From Alphaproteobacteria bacterium (GTDB taxonomy: Bacteria; Pseudomonadota; Alphaproteobacteria; UBA7887), in the NCBI GenBank assembly GCA_965216755.1, contig CBDCGL010000011.1, forward strand, positions 4,179,482-4,243,481: a stretch of 64,000 nt of DNA. The letters run 5' to 3'. Below are positions 9,822 through 19,865 of the stretch, piece by piece. The translations under genes and the position numbers were made by a program. Under the pieces are notes generated by a model that saw nothing but the letters and a program-made list of their open reading frames with translations, made no database searches and was not told the origin of the DNA. Every line of letters begins with the position of its first letter. Within the stretch, counting starts at the first letter, position 1.

Positions 9822-12320
9822 GTGTTACTGGGGTTGATGATGCGTTTGCCCGCGGTGGCGAAAATCTTCGAGAGGCAAGGCAAACGGCGCGCGGGCGCGG
9901 ACGGCTCGGGGTTTGACAGCGAGATCCGACAAGCGCTGACCCAGCGGCTGTTCAGCGACGTTGCCGGCAATTTCTTCGCCAATTTCCTGAGCGCTGGCGT
10001 TATCGCGGCTGTTTTCTGGAAAACGACCCCGAGTCATTCCCTGGTCGCGTGGTTTGCCTTGTCCCAGGTCATTAATGCCACGGGTGCCCTTGTCGTGATC
10101 GCCTTTCACCGTCGGCAACATCTGCTCGAATTGCGGCAATGGGTCGATGTGTTCTCGGTCTATGTCGCGCTTGACGCGATTATGTGGGGTCTCTCAGCAT
10201 TCATCTTCATAAATGTCGATGACCCCATTCGTGCATCTTTTCTGATTATAAATCTGCTCGCAAATGTGGCCGGTGCAACGACCTCGTTTGTTACATTTCG
10301 GCAAATGTTCATTATTTTCAATACTATTGCTGTATTGATGGTAGGTATAACATTATTGTTTTCTGGGAATCTAATATTTGTTGTCTTGGCCCCGCTATCG
10401 TTAGTTTATTGGTTTATTATGTTTAATCTTGGGACAAGATTTAATAAGAACATTATTACAAGTCTCCGACTTCAATTCGAACTGCAGGAAAGCGAAGCGG
10501 AACTCAAGCAAAGCAGGGATTTCCTGGAAGAGCGTGTCCAGGAACGTACCCACCAACTGAGCGATCTGAACCAGGAACTCTCGAAACGCGAGGCGCTCTA
10601 TCGCGCCGTGGTTGAGGTTCAAAGCGAGCTTCTGTTTCGCTTCACGCCAGCCGGCAACCTGACCTTCGCCAATGAGGCGTTTTGTCGCTTTTTCGGTATT
10701 CCGGCGGCAGCGATTGCCGAATCCAGCCTCGGTCCCGACGGCACGGCCGGTGTTCTGGCAGCCAATACCGCATCACAGCTGAGGGAAATGGCCCAAAACC
10801 TAACGCAAGCGACGCCGGCGGCGACCACCGAATCCCACGGTCCGAGCGCTGATGGCCGCACGCGTTGGTTGTTGTGGACGCTCAAGGGGCTGTTTAACGA
10901 CAACGGCACGGCGGTCGAGTGCCAAGGCGTCGCGATCGACATCACCGAACGCAAGGAAGCCGAACGCCACATCGCCTTCATTGCTCATCACGACGCGCTG
11001 ACCGGCCTGCCCAATCGTCACCTGTTCCGCGAGCGTCTTGAACAAGCGACCGGTGCAGACAGCCACGGCCAGGCCGCCGTTGTCATGCTCGATCTGGACG
11101 GTTTCAAGGAGATCAACGACTCGCTCGGACACGTCAATGGCGACGTCTTGCTGTGCCAGGCCGCCAGCCGCATTCAAAACTATTGCGGCACCGATGCGAC
11201 GGTGTCGCGACTTGGCGGCGACGAATTCGGCGTGATCATGCGCAACGTTGAATCCGACGATGCTGTAGCTATCATTGTTGAGCGTATTATTCAACAACTA
11301 GAGATGCCGATCGAGATCGAAGGACATTGGGTCCGCGTTGGCGCCAGCGCCGGCATCGCCATGTATCCCGGTGACGCGACGCTGCCCGACCAACTGATCA
11401 AGAATGCTGATTTGTCTTTGAATCGGGCAAAAGAACGGGGCCGGGCCACATACGTTTTCTACTCCAGCGATTTGGCCATGGAAGCCGAGCGCCGCATCCG
11501 CATCATTACAGGCTTGCGCCACGCGCTGGAAAGTGACGCGCTCGACCTAGCCTTTCAACCGAAGATACGGATCGAAGATGGTAAGGTCGTCGGCAGCGAA
11601 GCGCTGGTCCGCTGGACAGACAAAATCGAAGGGCCGATTTCGCCTGCCGAGTTCATTCCGATCGCGGAGACCGCCGGGCTCAGCGTTCCGATTGGCGATT
11701 GGGTTGTGCGCAATGTGTGTCGGCAACTGGCCGCGTGGCGCGACGCGGGCCATCCTTTGTTGCCAGTCTCCGTAAATCTCTCGGCCGTTCAGTTTTCGGA
11801 CCAAAAATTACTTAGTAAAGTAAATGATGCGCTTTCGGATTATCAGGTCGCGCCACACATCATCGAATTCGAAATCACCGAAACCGCGCTAATGACCGAT
11901 ATGGCGCAGGCGTTGGAAACCATGGAGGCTTTGGTCGGCATCGGGTTCAAATTGTCGATCGATGACTTTGGCGTTGGATATTCTTCATTTGGCTATCTGC
12001 GTTCCATGCCGGTGTCGGTCATCAAGATCGATCGAACGTTCGTCAGCGATGTGGTGCAGAACGAGGAAAGCCACGCCATTTTGCGCGCGATGATCGATTT
12101 GGGCCACAGTCTGGGCTTGCGCGTCTTGACAGAAGGCGTTGAGACGCTTGAGCAATACGTGGTTTTGGAAGCCATCGGCTGCGACATGGTGCAAGGATAT
12201 TTCACCGGACGGCCGGCGCCGGCCGAACAGTTTATGGCAGCGACGGAGGCACGTGGTTTCAGCGAGCCGGGTCACACCATGGCGGTTGCGTCGACCACCA
12301 AATTGTTGATGCACAGCTAA
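9822..12320 (+). CDS. Membrane-anchored c-di-GMP turnover protein with tandem GGDEF and EAL domains.
   Basis: About six N-terminal TM helices are followed by a coiled coil and a PAS-like region. The diguanylate cyclase motif RLGGDEFG is intact, and the EAL signatures EALVRW, DDFGVGYSS and KIDRTFV are present. The start is either the GTG at 9822 or the ATG at 9837. Confidence 0.85.
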   Translation: MLLGLMMRLPAVAKIFERQGKRRAGADGSGFDSEIRQALTQRLFSDVAGNFFANFLSAGVIAAVFWKTTPSHSLVAWFALSQVINATGALVVIAFHRRQHLLELRQWVDVFSVYVALDAIMWGLSAFIFINVDDPIRASFLIINLLANVAGATTSFVTFRQMFIIFNTIAVLMVGITLLFSGNLIFVVLAPLSLVYWFIMFNLGTRFNKNIITSLRLQFELQESEAELKQSRDFLEERVQERTHQLSDLNQELSKREALYRAVVEVQSELLFRFTPAGNLTFANEAFCRFFGIPAAAIAESSLGPDGTAGVLAANTASQLREMAQNLTQATPAATTESHGPSADGRTRWLLWTLKGLFNDNGTAVECQGVAIDITERKEAERHIAFIAHHDALTGLPNRHLFRERLEQATGADSHGQAAVVMLDLDGFKEINDSLGHVNGDVLLCQAASRIQNYCGTDATVSRLGGDEFGVIMRNVESDDAVAIIVERIIQQLEMPIEIEGHWVRVGASAGIAMYPGDATLPDQLIKNADLSLNRAKERGRATYVFYSSDLAMEAERRIRIITGLRHALESDALDLAFQPKIRIEDGKVVGSEALVRWTDKIEGPISPAEFIPIAETAGLSVPIGDWVVRNVCRQLAAWRDAGHPLLPVSVNLSAVQFSDQKLLSKVNDALSDYQVAPHIIEFEITETALMTDMAQALETMEALVGIGFKLSIDDFGVGYSSFGYLRSMPVSVIKIDRTFVSDVVQNEESHAILRAMIDLGHSLGLRVLTEGVETLEQYVVLEAIGCDMVQGYFTGRPAPAEQFMAATEARGFSEPGHTMAVASTTKLLMHS

Positions 12321-12331
12321 TTATGTCTCAC

Positions 12332-13567
12332 CTAGGCTGGCTCGCCGACAGTGTCCTCGACGCGGCAGTTCGGTTCGGGTGCGATCTGGCCCAATCGCTC
12401 GACAATCTCTAAACCATCGACACCACCCCGGGCGGCCACCACGTTCATGGTCACATGTTGGGAGGCTGAGTCGATCGTTGCCGGTCCCGTTGGCGTGTCA
12501 AATGTCAGGCCGCGCAGCCCCGCGATCGTTGGCTCTGGCGCGGCATCGCCGATCCGTCGCCAGGCCGCACGCAGGGCCATCACCGCATTGTAGTGGGTCA
12601 TCGCCAAGTAGCCGATCGGCGTGTCCGCGCCGAACAACCGCCGCACGCGCTGGACGAAACCGGGAACACCCTTTTCTGGGTCCGTGACGGCAAACGGCGT
12701 TGTGGTGTGGATCCGCTCAGCCTGCGCCGGTGTCAGGCGCGCATTCAAGGTCTCGTTATATCCGATCCAACCGATCTGCAGCCGCTCAAGCAGCGCCATT
12801 TCGTCGGCCTGGCGGACAAACTCGCACCCATGGCGGCGCATCACGCAGAACAGCACGACCTCGGCGCCGACTTTGTCAATCCATTTCAGGATCGGGGTGA
12901 AGTCGCGCTCGCCAACGTTGGTTTGGGCTTGGCCCAACACTTCGATATCACGCTCGGCCATGGGAAACCGGATCTGGCGAAACATCGAGGTTTGCCAACT
13001 GGGATACGACCCGACCATGAAATAGCGCTTACCGGCGCCGCCGTCGTCCAGAAACTTTACCAGGCTATGACCATCGTGATTGACGGTCGGGCCGACGGAA
13101 AACAGGGTCGGGTGGCAAAACCGGCCCTCATGGTTGGAGGCATTGACCAGCGGTACTTTGCGGCGGCCCAAATAACGCGCCGCATAGCGTCGGCCGGCCG
13201 AGACCCAGGGGCCGACAAACGCCGCGACACCCTGGTTGTCGATCATGTCATGGCAGACTTTTGGCAAAACCGCCGGGCTGGTGGCGGAGTCGCCATAAAT
13301 CACCTGCAACTCGCGGCCTAGGGCACCGCCGGCCCCATTGATCTCGGCAATCGCGGTTTCGATGCCCATGCGCATCTGCGCGGCATAGGCCTCCGCGTCG
13401 CCGGTCAGAGGCAGCAGGGCACCGATCCGGAGTGGTCCCGGTAGCGCCAAAGCCGGTGCCGCAATGCCAGAGACGCATGCCGCGCCGAGCCCCCGCAGAA
13501 CCGCGCGCCGATTATGGCCGATTGTCGCGGCTCCGCTTCGCAGATATCGCCCGTCATGCCTGCCCAT
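12332..13567 (-). CDS. ABC transporter periplasmic substrate-binding protein of the branched-chain amino acid/amide type.
   Basis: A Tat/Sec-type signal (RRAVLRGLGAACVSGIAAPALA) precedes a type I periplasmic binding fold. The internal start at 13567 is preferred. Confidence 0.65.
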   Translation of the reverse strand: MGRHDGRYLRSGAATIGHNRRAVLRGLGAACVSGIAAPALALPGPLRIGALLPLTGDAEAYAAQMRMGIETAIAEINGAGGALGRELQVIYGDSATSPAVLPKVCHDMIDNQGVAAFVGPWVSAGRRYAARYLGRRKVPLVNASNHEGRFCHPTLFSVGPTVNHDGHSLVKFLDDGGAGKRYFMVGSYPSWQTSMFRQIRFPMAERDIEVLGQAQTNVGERDFTPILKWIDKVGAEVVLFCVMRRHGCEFVRQADEMALLERLQIGWIGYNETLNARLTPAQAERIHTTTPFAVTDPEKGVPGFVQRVRRLFGADTPIGYLAMTHYNAVMALRAAWRRIGDAAPEPTIAGLRGLTFDTPTGPATIDSASQHVTMNVVAARGGVDGLEIVERLGQIAPEPNCRVEDTVGEPA

Positions 13568-13725
13568 GGTCGCCCCATCGATCGCATATGTTTTCCGCCC
13601 GCCAGTCTGCCGGATGCCGTGCGGGGTGAGCAAGCCGATTGCGCCTCAATTCTTTATTCATCTGGCGCTGGCAGCCTAACTGCGGGACCGCACGCAGCGG
13701 TCGCGAGCGAAACACGGAATGCGCC

Positions 13726-14829
13726 ATGGCCAAAGTGCTCACCGACAGCCTTCAAGACCGAATTGCGGATCGGTCGCGCCGCCACATGCGGATCAGCATG
13801 CGCGACCATGGTTGGGTCGTCGCCTATGCCAGCATTTATGTTTTGATCGTCTACGCCTTGGTCTGGGGCAAAGGTCACCAGGTGCCGATCATGTCGTTGG
13901 ACTATGCCGGCATGGCCTTGGTCCCCGTGGTTTTCGCGGTTGCCGCCCTGGCGCTGGGGCATGTCGTCCATCACGTGGCCCATGTCCGGCCGTTCCAGCT
14001 TGGCGCGGTTTGGCGCGCGGTGCGCGACGATGAGCGGTTGACATTGGAGCGGGCCATTTATTGCGCCGTTCCTTTGGTCGTTATCCCTTTTTTTAATAAA
14101 GCCTATTCGACCTTCAAGACCTTGCTTGGCCAATTCCAGCCATACGATTGGGATCCGCAACTGGCGGCATGGGATCAGTGGCTGCATTTCGGCGTGCACC
14201 CGTGGGAATTGCTGCAGCCGTTGCTTGGTTCGCCGCTGATCACGTCGGCCATCAGCTATCTCTATAATTTCTGGTTTGGGCTGATGTTTCTGATCGTCTA
14301 CTGGTTCGTTTTCTCATTGCAGAACCGCGTCCTGCGGATGCGCTATTTGCTCAGCTTTGTGCTGACCTGGTCGCTCTTGGGTAGCCTGGCGGCAGTTTTC
14401 TTCGCGTCCGGCGGGCCCGTCTACTACGGTCATTTTGTCGGCCCCCCCGATCCCTTTGCGCCTTTGATGAGCTATTTGCTCGACGCCGGAGAGGCCTACC
14501 GCAATTGGTCTCTAGAAGCGCAAAACTATCTGTGGCTAATCCACAAGCACGAACTGCTCGATTTCGGCGGGGGTATATCGGCCATGCCCAGCTTGCATGT
14601 TGCCGTCGCCGCGTTGCAGGCGCTCGCCGCCCGTCATGTCAGCCGCCGCATGTGCGCGATCTTGACCATTTATCTGCTCGTGATCATGGTCGGCTCCGTG
14701 CATCTGGGTTGGCACTATGCCATCGATGGTTATGTTTCCTTGATTGCCGTTTTTGTGATCTGGAAGCTGTCCGGACTGGTGATGCGTTGGCATCCGCTGT
14801 CCCGGGCCGACAACACATCCCCCTTATGA
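13726..14829 (+). CDS. PAP2-superfamily integral membrane protein, likely a lipid phosphatase or phosphotransferase.
   Basis: It has multiple TM helices and the PAP2 motifs SMPSLHVA and SVHLGWHYAIDG. The start is taken at the ATG at 13726. Confidence 0.55.
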   Translation: MAKVLTDSLQDRIADRSRRHMRISMRDHGWVVAYASIYVLIVYALVWGKGHQVPIMSLDYAGMALVPVVFAVAALALGHVVHHVAHVRPFQLGAVWRAVRDDERLTLERAIYCAVPLVVIPFFNKAYSTFKTLLGQFQPYDWDPQLAAWDQWLHFGVHPWELLQPLLGSPLITSAISYLYNFWFGLMFLIVYWFVFSLQNRVLRMRYLLSFVLTWSLLGSLAAVFFASGGPVYYGHFVGPPDPFAPLMSYLLDAGEAYRNWSLEAQNYLWLIHKHELLDFGGGISAMPSLHVAVAALQALAARHVSRRMCAILTIYLLVIMVGSVHLGWHYAIDGYVSLIAVFVIWKLSGLVMRWHPLSRADNTSPL

Positions 14830-14891
14830 CTTAAGAAAGCGGCCAAACAGCCCTAATATGGGGGCTCCCGCAATCGGCGCAGGGGGCCGTC

Positions 14892-17363
14892 ATGCCAGCA
14901 GCACAGACACCGCGACCCGAGCAGTTTGAGCAGCTTGGGGCGTTCTACCTTGGGCGGCCGTATGATCTTGGGACCGGACAGGTCGCCGGCGGTCCGCTCT
15001 TATATGACTCTAAGGATCTGACAACACACGCCGTGTGTGTTGGCATGACCGGCAGCGGCAAAACCGGCCTCTGCGTCTCGTTGCTCGAGGAAGCTGCCCT
15101 CGATGGAATTCCGACCCTCGCCATCGACCCGAAAGGTGATCTCGGCAATCTCTTACTGACCTTTCCAAAGTTGACCGCCCAAGATTTCGCGCCGTGGATC
15201 GATCCCGACGAAGCCGTGCGCAAGGGCATGACCGTGGCCGAGCGCGCGGCCGCCGTCGCCGCGCTTTGGAAAAAAGGTCTGGCCGCCTGGGGCCAAGACG
15301 GCGCGCGGATTGGGAAATTGCGCGACGCAGCTGATTTCGCCATCTATACGCCCGGCAGTGATGCCGGCATTCCGGTTTCGGTCTTGCGTTCGTTTGCCGC
15401 ACCGCCGGTTGCCGTGCGCGACGACGGTGATGTGTTTCGCGAACGGGTCGGGGCGACGGTCGCCGGCCTCCTGGCCATGCTCGGTATTGACGCCGATCCT
15501 GTGCAAAGCCGCGAACATGTGCTGTTGGCGAACATCCTTGATCACGCCTGGCACGCGGGCCGTGATCTGACCATCGAATCGCTGATTCGGGATGTACAGG
15601 CGCCGCCGTTCGACAAAGTGGGGATGTTGGATCTTGAAACGGTTTACCCGTCGAAAGATCGCATGGGTCTGGTCATGGCCATCAACAATCTATTGGCGTC
15701 GCCCGGTTTCAGCGCTTGGCGCGATGGCGTGCCGCTGGACATGCAAAGCCTATTGTGGACGCAAGACGGGCGCCCCCGCATTGCAATCATATCGATTGCG
15801 CATCTGAATGATGCTGAGCGCATGTTTATCGTCACCATGCTTCTCAACGAAATGGTGTCGTGGATGCGCAGCCAAAGTGGCACCACCAGTCTGCGGGCGC
15901 TGCTGTACATGGATGAGGTGTTCGGCTATATGCCGCCAACGGCGAACCCGCCGTCGAAAACACCCATGTTGACGCTCATGAAACAGGCCCGAGCCTACGG
16001 TGTCGGCGTTGTCCTGGCGACACAGAACCCGGTTGATTTGGACTACAAAGGCTTGTCAAACGCGGGCACTTGGTTCCTTGGGCGTTTGCAAACCGAACGC
16101 GATAAGTTGCGCGTTCTCGACGGGCTGGAAGGCGCGTCGGCCGCGTCCGGTGCGACGTTCGATCGCGCGCGGGTGGAGACGATTTTGTCAGGATTGGCCA
16201 GCCGTGTTTTCTTGATGAACAACGTCCATGAAGACGCGCCGATCCTTTTTCACACGCGCTGGGCAATGTCCTATTTGCGCGGACCGCTGATCCGCGATCA
16301 GATCAAAGCGCTGATGGCGGGCCGGGCTAAAGCATCAGCACATCCAACGACCGTCGCCGAACCCGAACCGGCGGGTCGGCAAGACCGCGGCAGTGGCACG
16401 TTGCCTATCGTTCCCTCCGTGGCCGCCGAACGTTTTGCCGCGGCTGATTTGGCCGCGCCGGCCGATGCGAATTTATTGTATCGCCCGGCGCTTTTGGGCT
16501 TTGCCGATGTGCACTATGTCAATGCACGGGCGAAGGTCGATACATGGCGCAAGGTGGTGCGCCTTGCCCATTTGCGTGGGGCGGCGCACAATGTTTGGGG
16601 CGATGCGCTTTCCGTTGCGCCCGATGCCCTGCGTCTCGAAGAGGCGCCGCGCGACGGTGCGCGATTTGCGACATTGCCGGCACGTGCCGGTCGCGAGAAA
16701 GTGTATCCGTCGTGGCAGAATGCGCTGCGTCTGGCCATTTATCGCGACTGCGCATTGACTTCATGGAACTGCAAGGTGTTGAAATTAACTTCAACGCCAG
16801 ACGAGAACGAGCGCGCATTCCGCGTTCGCGTCCGTGACGCGGCCCACGAAACGCGTGACTTGGCGATCGAAAAGTTGCGCAACAAATACGCGCCGAAACT
16901 GGCGCGGCTTGAGGAACGCATCCGCAAAGCCGAGGCGCGGATCGCCCGCGAAGCATCGCAATACTCGCAGCAGAAGGTCCAAACCGCGATTTCGATCGGA
17001 GCCACTGTTTTGGGCGCCTTGTTTGGCCGCAAACTGGGCAGTGCGTCGACGGTGGGCCGGGCGACAACCGCGGCACGCGGGGCCAGCCGGGCGGCGCGCG
17101 AACGCCGCGACGTTGCACGCGCGCGCGAAGATCGCGATGCGCTGGAGCGGCAACTCGCCGACTTGTCTGATCGTTTCGACGAAGACGCACGCGCGCTACG
17201 CGAGAAATTTGACCCCGACAACCTCGATATTCGGGAGCGAGCCGTGCGACCACGTAAAGCGGACATCACGATTGAGGCGCTGCATTTGGTGTGGTTGCCA
17301 TGGTGGGTCGACGATGCCGGCGTCGCGCAACCGGCCTATGATTTGGGTGAGGTCGCGTCATGA
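14892..17363 (+). CDS. HerA/FtsK-type P-loop NTPase of the DUF853 / YjgR-like family, carrying a roughly 300-aa coiled-coil C-terminal extension.
   Basis: An AGGGGG Shine-Dalgarno sequence precedes the ATG at 14892. The Walker A is VGMTGSGKTG, followed by IDPKGDLGN, the Walker B LLYMDEVFGY and ATQNPVDLD. The C-terminal third is predicted coiled coil. Confidence 0.7.
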   Translation: MPAAQTPRPEQFEQLGAFYLGRPYDLGTGQVAGGPLLYDSKDLTTHAVCVGMTGSGKTGLCVSLLEEAALDGIPTLAIDPKGDLGNLLLTFPKLTAQDFAPWIDPDEAVRKGMTVAERAAAVAALWKKGLAAWGQDGARIGKLRDAADFAIYTPGSDAGIPVSVLRSFAAPPVAVRDDGDVFRERVGATVAGLLAMLGIDADPVQSREHVLLANILDHAWHAGRDLTIESLIRDVQAPPFDKVGMLDLETVYPSKDRMGLVMAINNLLASPGFSAWRDGVPLDMQSLLWTQDGRPRIAIISIAHLNDAERMFIVTMLLNEMVSWMRSQSGTTSLRALLYMDEVFGYMPPTANPPSKTPMLTLMKQARAYGVGVVLATQNPVDLDYKGLSNAGTWFLGRLQTERDKLRVLDGLEGASAASGATFDRARVETILSGLASRVFLMNNVHEDAPILFHTRWAMSYLRGPLIRDQIKALMAGRAKASAHPTTVAEPEPAGRQDRGSGTLPIVPSVAAERFAAADLAAPADANLLYRPALLGFADVHYVNARAKVDTWRKVVRLAHLRGAAHNVWGDALSVAPDALRLEEAPRDGARFATLPARAGREKVYPSWQNALRLAIYRDCALTSWNCKVLKLTSTPDENERAFRVRVRDAAHETRDLAIEKLRNKYAPKLARLEERIRKAEARIAREASQYSQQKVQTAISIGATVLGALFGRKLGSASTVGRATTAARGASRAARERRDVARAREDRDALERQLADLSDRFDEDARALREKFDPDNLDIRERAVRPRKADITIEALHLVWLPWWVDDAGVAQPAYDLGEVAS

Positions 17364-18061
17364 CGGCGCGTGATCCGGGCGCGACGCCCGTCAAAATGAC
17401 CTATTTTTCTGATGTCTTGTGTATTTGGGCGTATTGCGCCGAGGCCCGCGTCGCGGAAGTGAAGGCACAATTCGGCGACAACGTTGCCATTGACTATCGG
17501 TTTTGCGAGATCTTCGCTGACACCGCCACGCGCGTCGGCCAAGGCTGGGAGGCGCGTGGCGGATATGACGCATTTGGCGCCCATGTGCATGAAGTGGCGG
17601 CCAAATTTGGCCATGTGACCGTCCATCCGGAGCTGTGGATCAAGGTGCGGCCGGCATCGTCGGCCAGTGCCCATATGTTTCTGAAGGCGATCGGTTTATG
17701 GCAGGCGACGAAGGCGCCTGCTCCTACACCCGGGGTGTTGGAGCAGGCTGCGTGGGCCGTGCGGCTTGCTTTCTTCCGCGATGGGCGCGATATCGCGACC
17801 CGCACCACGCAAAACGCTATCGCAGACGAGCTCGAATTGCCCGTTGATGCAATCAATGTGTTTATCGACAACGGCGGGGCGATGGCGGCCTTGTGGCATG
17901 ACCATCAAGCCGCCGAGCACTTTCGAATCGAAGGCAGCCCGACATTCTTGCTCAATGACGGCCGCCAAAAGCTCTATGGCAACGTTGGTTATCGTGTCAT
18001 CGAAGCCAATTTGCGTGAACTGCTCAGCGCGCCCGACGCGGCGCAGGCGAGTTGGTGTTGA
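17360..18061 (+). CDS. DsbA-like thioredoxin-fold protein with a degenerate CxxC, related to the HCCA-isomerase / DSBA-like family.
   Basis: The ATG overlaps the upstream TGA as ATGA. A GGTGAGG Shine-Dalgarno sequence is present. The N-terminal YFSDVLCIWAYC and the protein length fit the DSBA-like family. Confidence 0.6.
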   Translation: MTARDPGATPVKMTYFSDVLCIWAYCAEARVAEVKAQFGDNVAIDYRFCEIFADTATRVGQGWEARGGYDAFGAHVHEVAAKFGHVTVHPELWIKVRPASSASAHMFLKAIGLWQATKAPAPTPGVLEQAAWAVRLAFFRDGRDIATRTTQNAIADELELPVDAINVFIDNGGAMAALWHDHQAAEHFRIEGSPTFLLNDGRQKLYGNVGYRVIEANLRELLSAPDAAQASWC

Positions 18062-18080
18062 AGACCAGCTGGGCGAGCGC

Positions 18081-18557
18081 CTACGCGTCGGCGAGCGCGA
18101 TGACGAAACGAGGCAGGCGGCGGCCGGGAATGGACGCCGATGGCGACTCGCCGGCGCGCACGCAGCCCATGCGCGCGTAAAACCCGGCCGCGTTGGGATC
18201 CGAATCGATCGTCAGTTGTTTGACGCCGGCGCGGTGGGCCTGGTTTGTCAAATGCCGGAAAAGGGCGGCCCCGACGCCCCGGCCAATTTGACTCGGTTCC
18301 ACAAACAGGGCGGCAACCTCGGCCATATCCGGCGCGGTCAGGTCCAGGCTGTAGTAGCCTATGGGGCGGCCGTCCCGCTCGGCTACGAAAACGGTTTCTG
18401 TCGCCAGGCGGGCGGGCGTGATCGTCAATTCCGCGCGGGATCTTGCCATGAAGTCGGCGTCATAGCCCCAATGGGCCTTTGATGCCAAACCGAGGGTCGT
18501 CAGAGGCCCGGCGTCGGCCGTGGTCGCCCGGCGTATGGTGAATTGCGCTAGAGTCAT
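18081..18557 (-). CDS. GNAT family N-acetyltransferase.
   Basis: The motif A region reads QIGRGVGAALFRHL, and the protein is about 160 aa. Confidence 0.65.
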   Translation of the reverse strand: MTLAQFTIRRATTADAGPLTTLGLASKAHWGYDADFMARSRAELTITPARLATETVFVAERDGRPIGYYSLDLTAPDMAEVAALFVEPSQIGRGVGAALFRHLTNQAHRAGVKQLTIDSDPNAAGFYARMGCVRAGESPSASIPGRRLPRFVIALADA

Positions 18558-18582
18558 GTGGTTTGGCCCAAGGATATCGCCG

Positions 18583-19704
18583 ATGGGATGCCCGCTCAAA
18601 TTGTCCGGCCTTGTACTGTTGACGTTGCTTTTATCGCCGGTTGCCGCGCGCGCGGATTCACCGACGCCGCCGGATGTCCGGCTCCCCGCCGGCCATGTCA
18701 GCTTGATCGCCGTGGGGCCCCCGGAAGAAATCGCCGGTTCGTTTGCCCGCCTGTTTCACTACCGATTGTACCTGCCGGCCGACTACCACGCCGCGGCGCC
18801 AGCGCGCTATCCGGTGATGTTCATCGCCTCGCCAAGTGGCCATGCGTCCATGGGCGCCATGGCGGCGCGTTTGCGGCGTGACCGCTGGGTGGTCGTTATG
18901 TTGGTCGAGTCGCGCAACGGTTCGAACGATTGGATGCCCAATTTCCTGGCCGCCCATGATGACGTGATGGGCCGTGTGCGCGTTCATCCTGACATGAAGT
19001 TCTGTACCGGATTGTCCGGCGGCGCGCGCGTATGCAGCGTCTATCCCGGAATGCGCAGCGGGTTTCGCGGCCTGGTCCTACAGGCTGCGGGCTTGTGGAG
19101 CCCGCGCATTTTTGCCGATGGCGCCAACCGGGATTTGGTCATCTACGGCACGTTCGGTGCCTTCGATTTCAATCTCAAATTTGCCCGCCAAGTGCGGCGC
19201 GCGATCCCGCCCGGTGCGCGCGGGCTGGCCGAGGTCTGGGATGGCGGCCACGCTTGGGCGCCGCCCGAAGTATTTGATCGCGCCATGGATTGGGTCGAAG
19301 ACGCTGTCTTTTTGCGCGGCGGTCTGCGCGCCGACCATCGTGATCTGGACCGCTGGTACCTCGACAATCGGCTGGCCGCTTTCGAACGCCTTGCCAACGA
19401 CCCGACCCTGGCGGTGGCGACCATGGCCGACCGGTTGCTCCGGTTTGCCGCCCATCGCCGTCTTGACTTGGATCCATCTATCGCCGGCATGTTGAGGTCG
19501 GCGGCCGATCGTCGGACCGCGGCTGATCGCGCGGCGCAATCATATTATCGGCTCTTGATAGGAGAGCAGGGGCTGCGTGGAAATGGGTTACCGGTGATCG
19601 CCGATCAATATCAGGCCCTGAGTGACCGGTTTCCAAAGACCGATTTTGGTCGGCGCGCCGGCCAGCGGGCGCGGGCCCTTGCCTTTGAAACGGGTCGTCG
19701 ATGA
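18583..19704 (+). CDS. Secreted hypothetical protein, possibly with an esterase/lipase-like fold.
   Basis: An ATG at 18583 follows an AAGGA Shine-Dalgarno sequence. A signal peptide is present, and no confident family assignment could be made. Confidence 0.4.
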   Translation: MGCPLKLSGLVLLTLLLSPVAARADSPTPPDVRLPAGHVSLIAVGPPEEIAGSFARLFHYRLYLPADYHAAAPARYPVMFIASPSGHASMGAMAARLRRDRWVVVMLVESRNGSNDWMPNFLAAHDDVMGRVRVHPDMKFCTGLSGGARVCSVYPGMRSGFRGLVLQAAGLWSPRIFADGANRDLVIYGTFGAFDFNLKFARQVRRAIPPGARGLAEVWDGGHAWAPPEVFDRAMDWVEDAVFLRGGLRADHRDLDRWYLDNRLAAFERLANDPTLAVATMADRLLRFAAHRRLDLDPSIAGMLRSAADRRTAADRAAQSYYRLLIGEQGLRGNGLPVIADQYQALSDRFPKTDFGRRAGQRARALAFETGRR

Positions 19705-19865
19705 TCGAATAGCCGTGGACCCGACCTGTCGATTGGCATTGGCGCGACGATCGGTCATAATTGCGTCGAGCCCGTGGGGACTTCTGGACGCGGACAAGAG
19801 GCCTGGCGCGTTAACGAACGTGCGCCGCGCTTGTGGCGGTGCAGGTAGATGCCGGAGTCCGCGGA

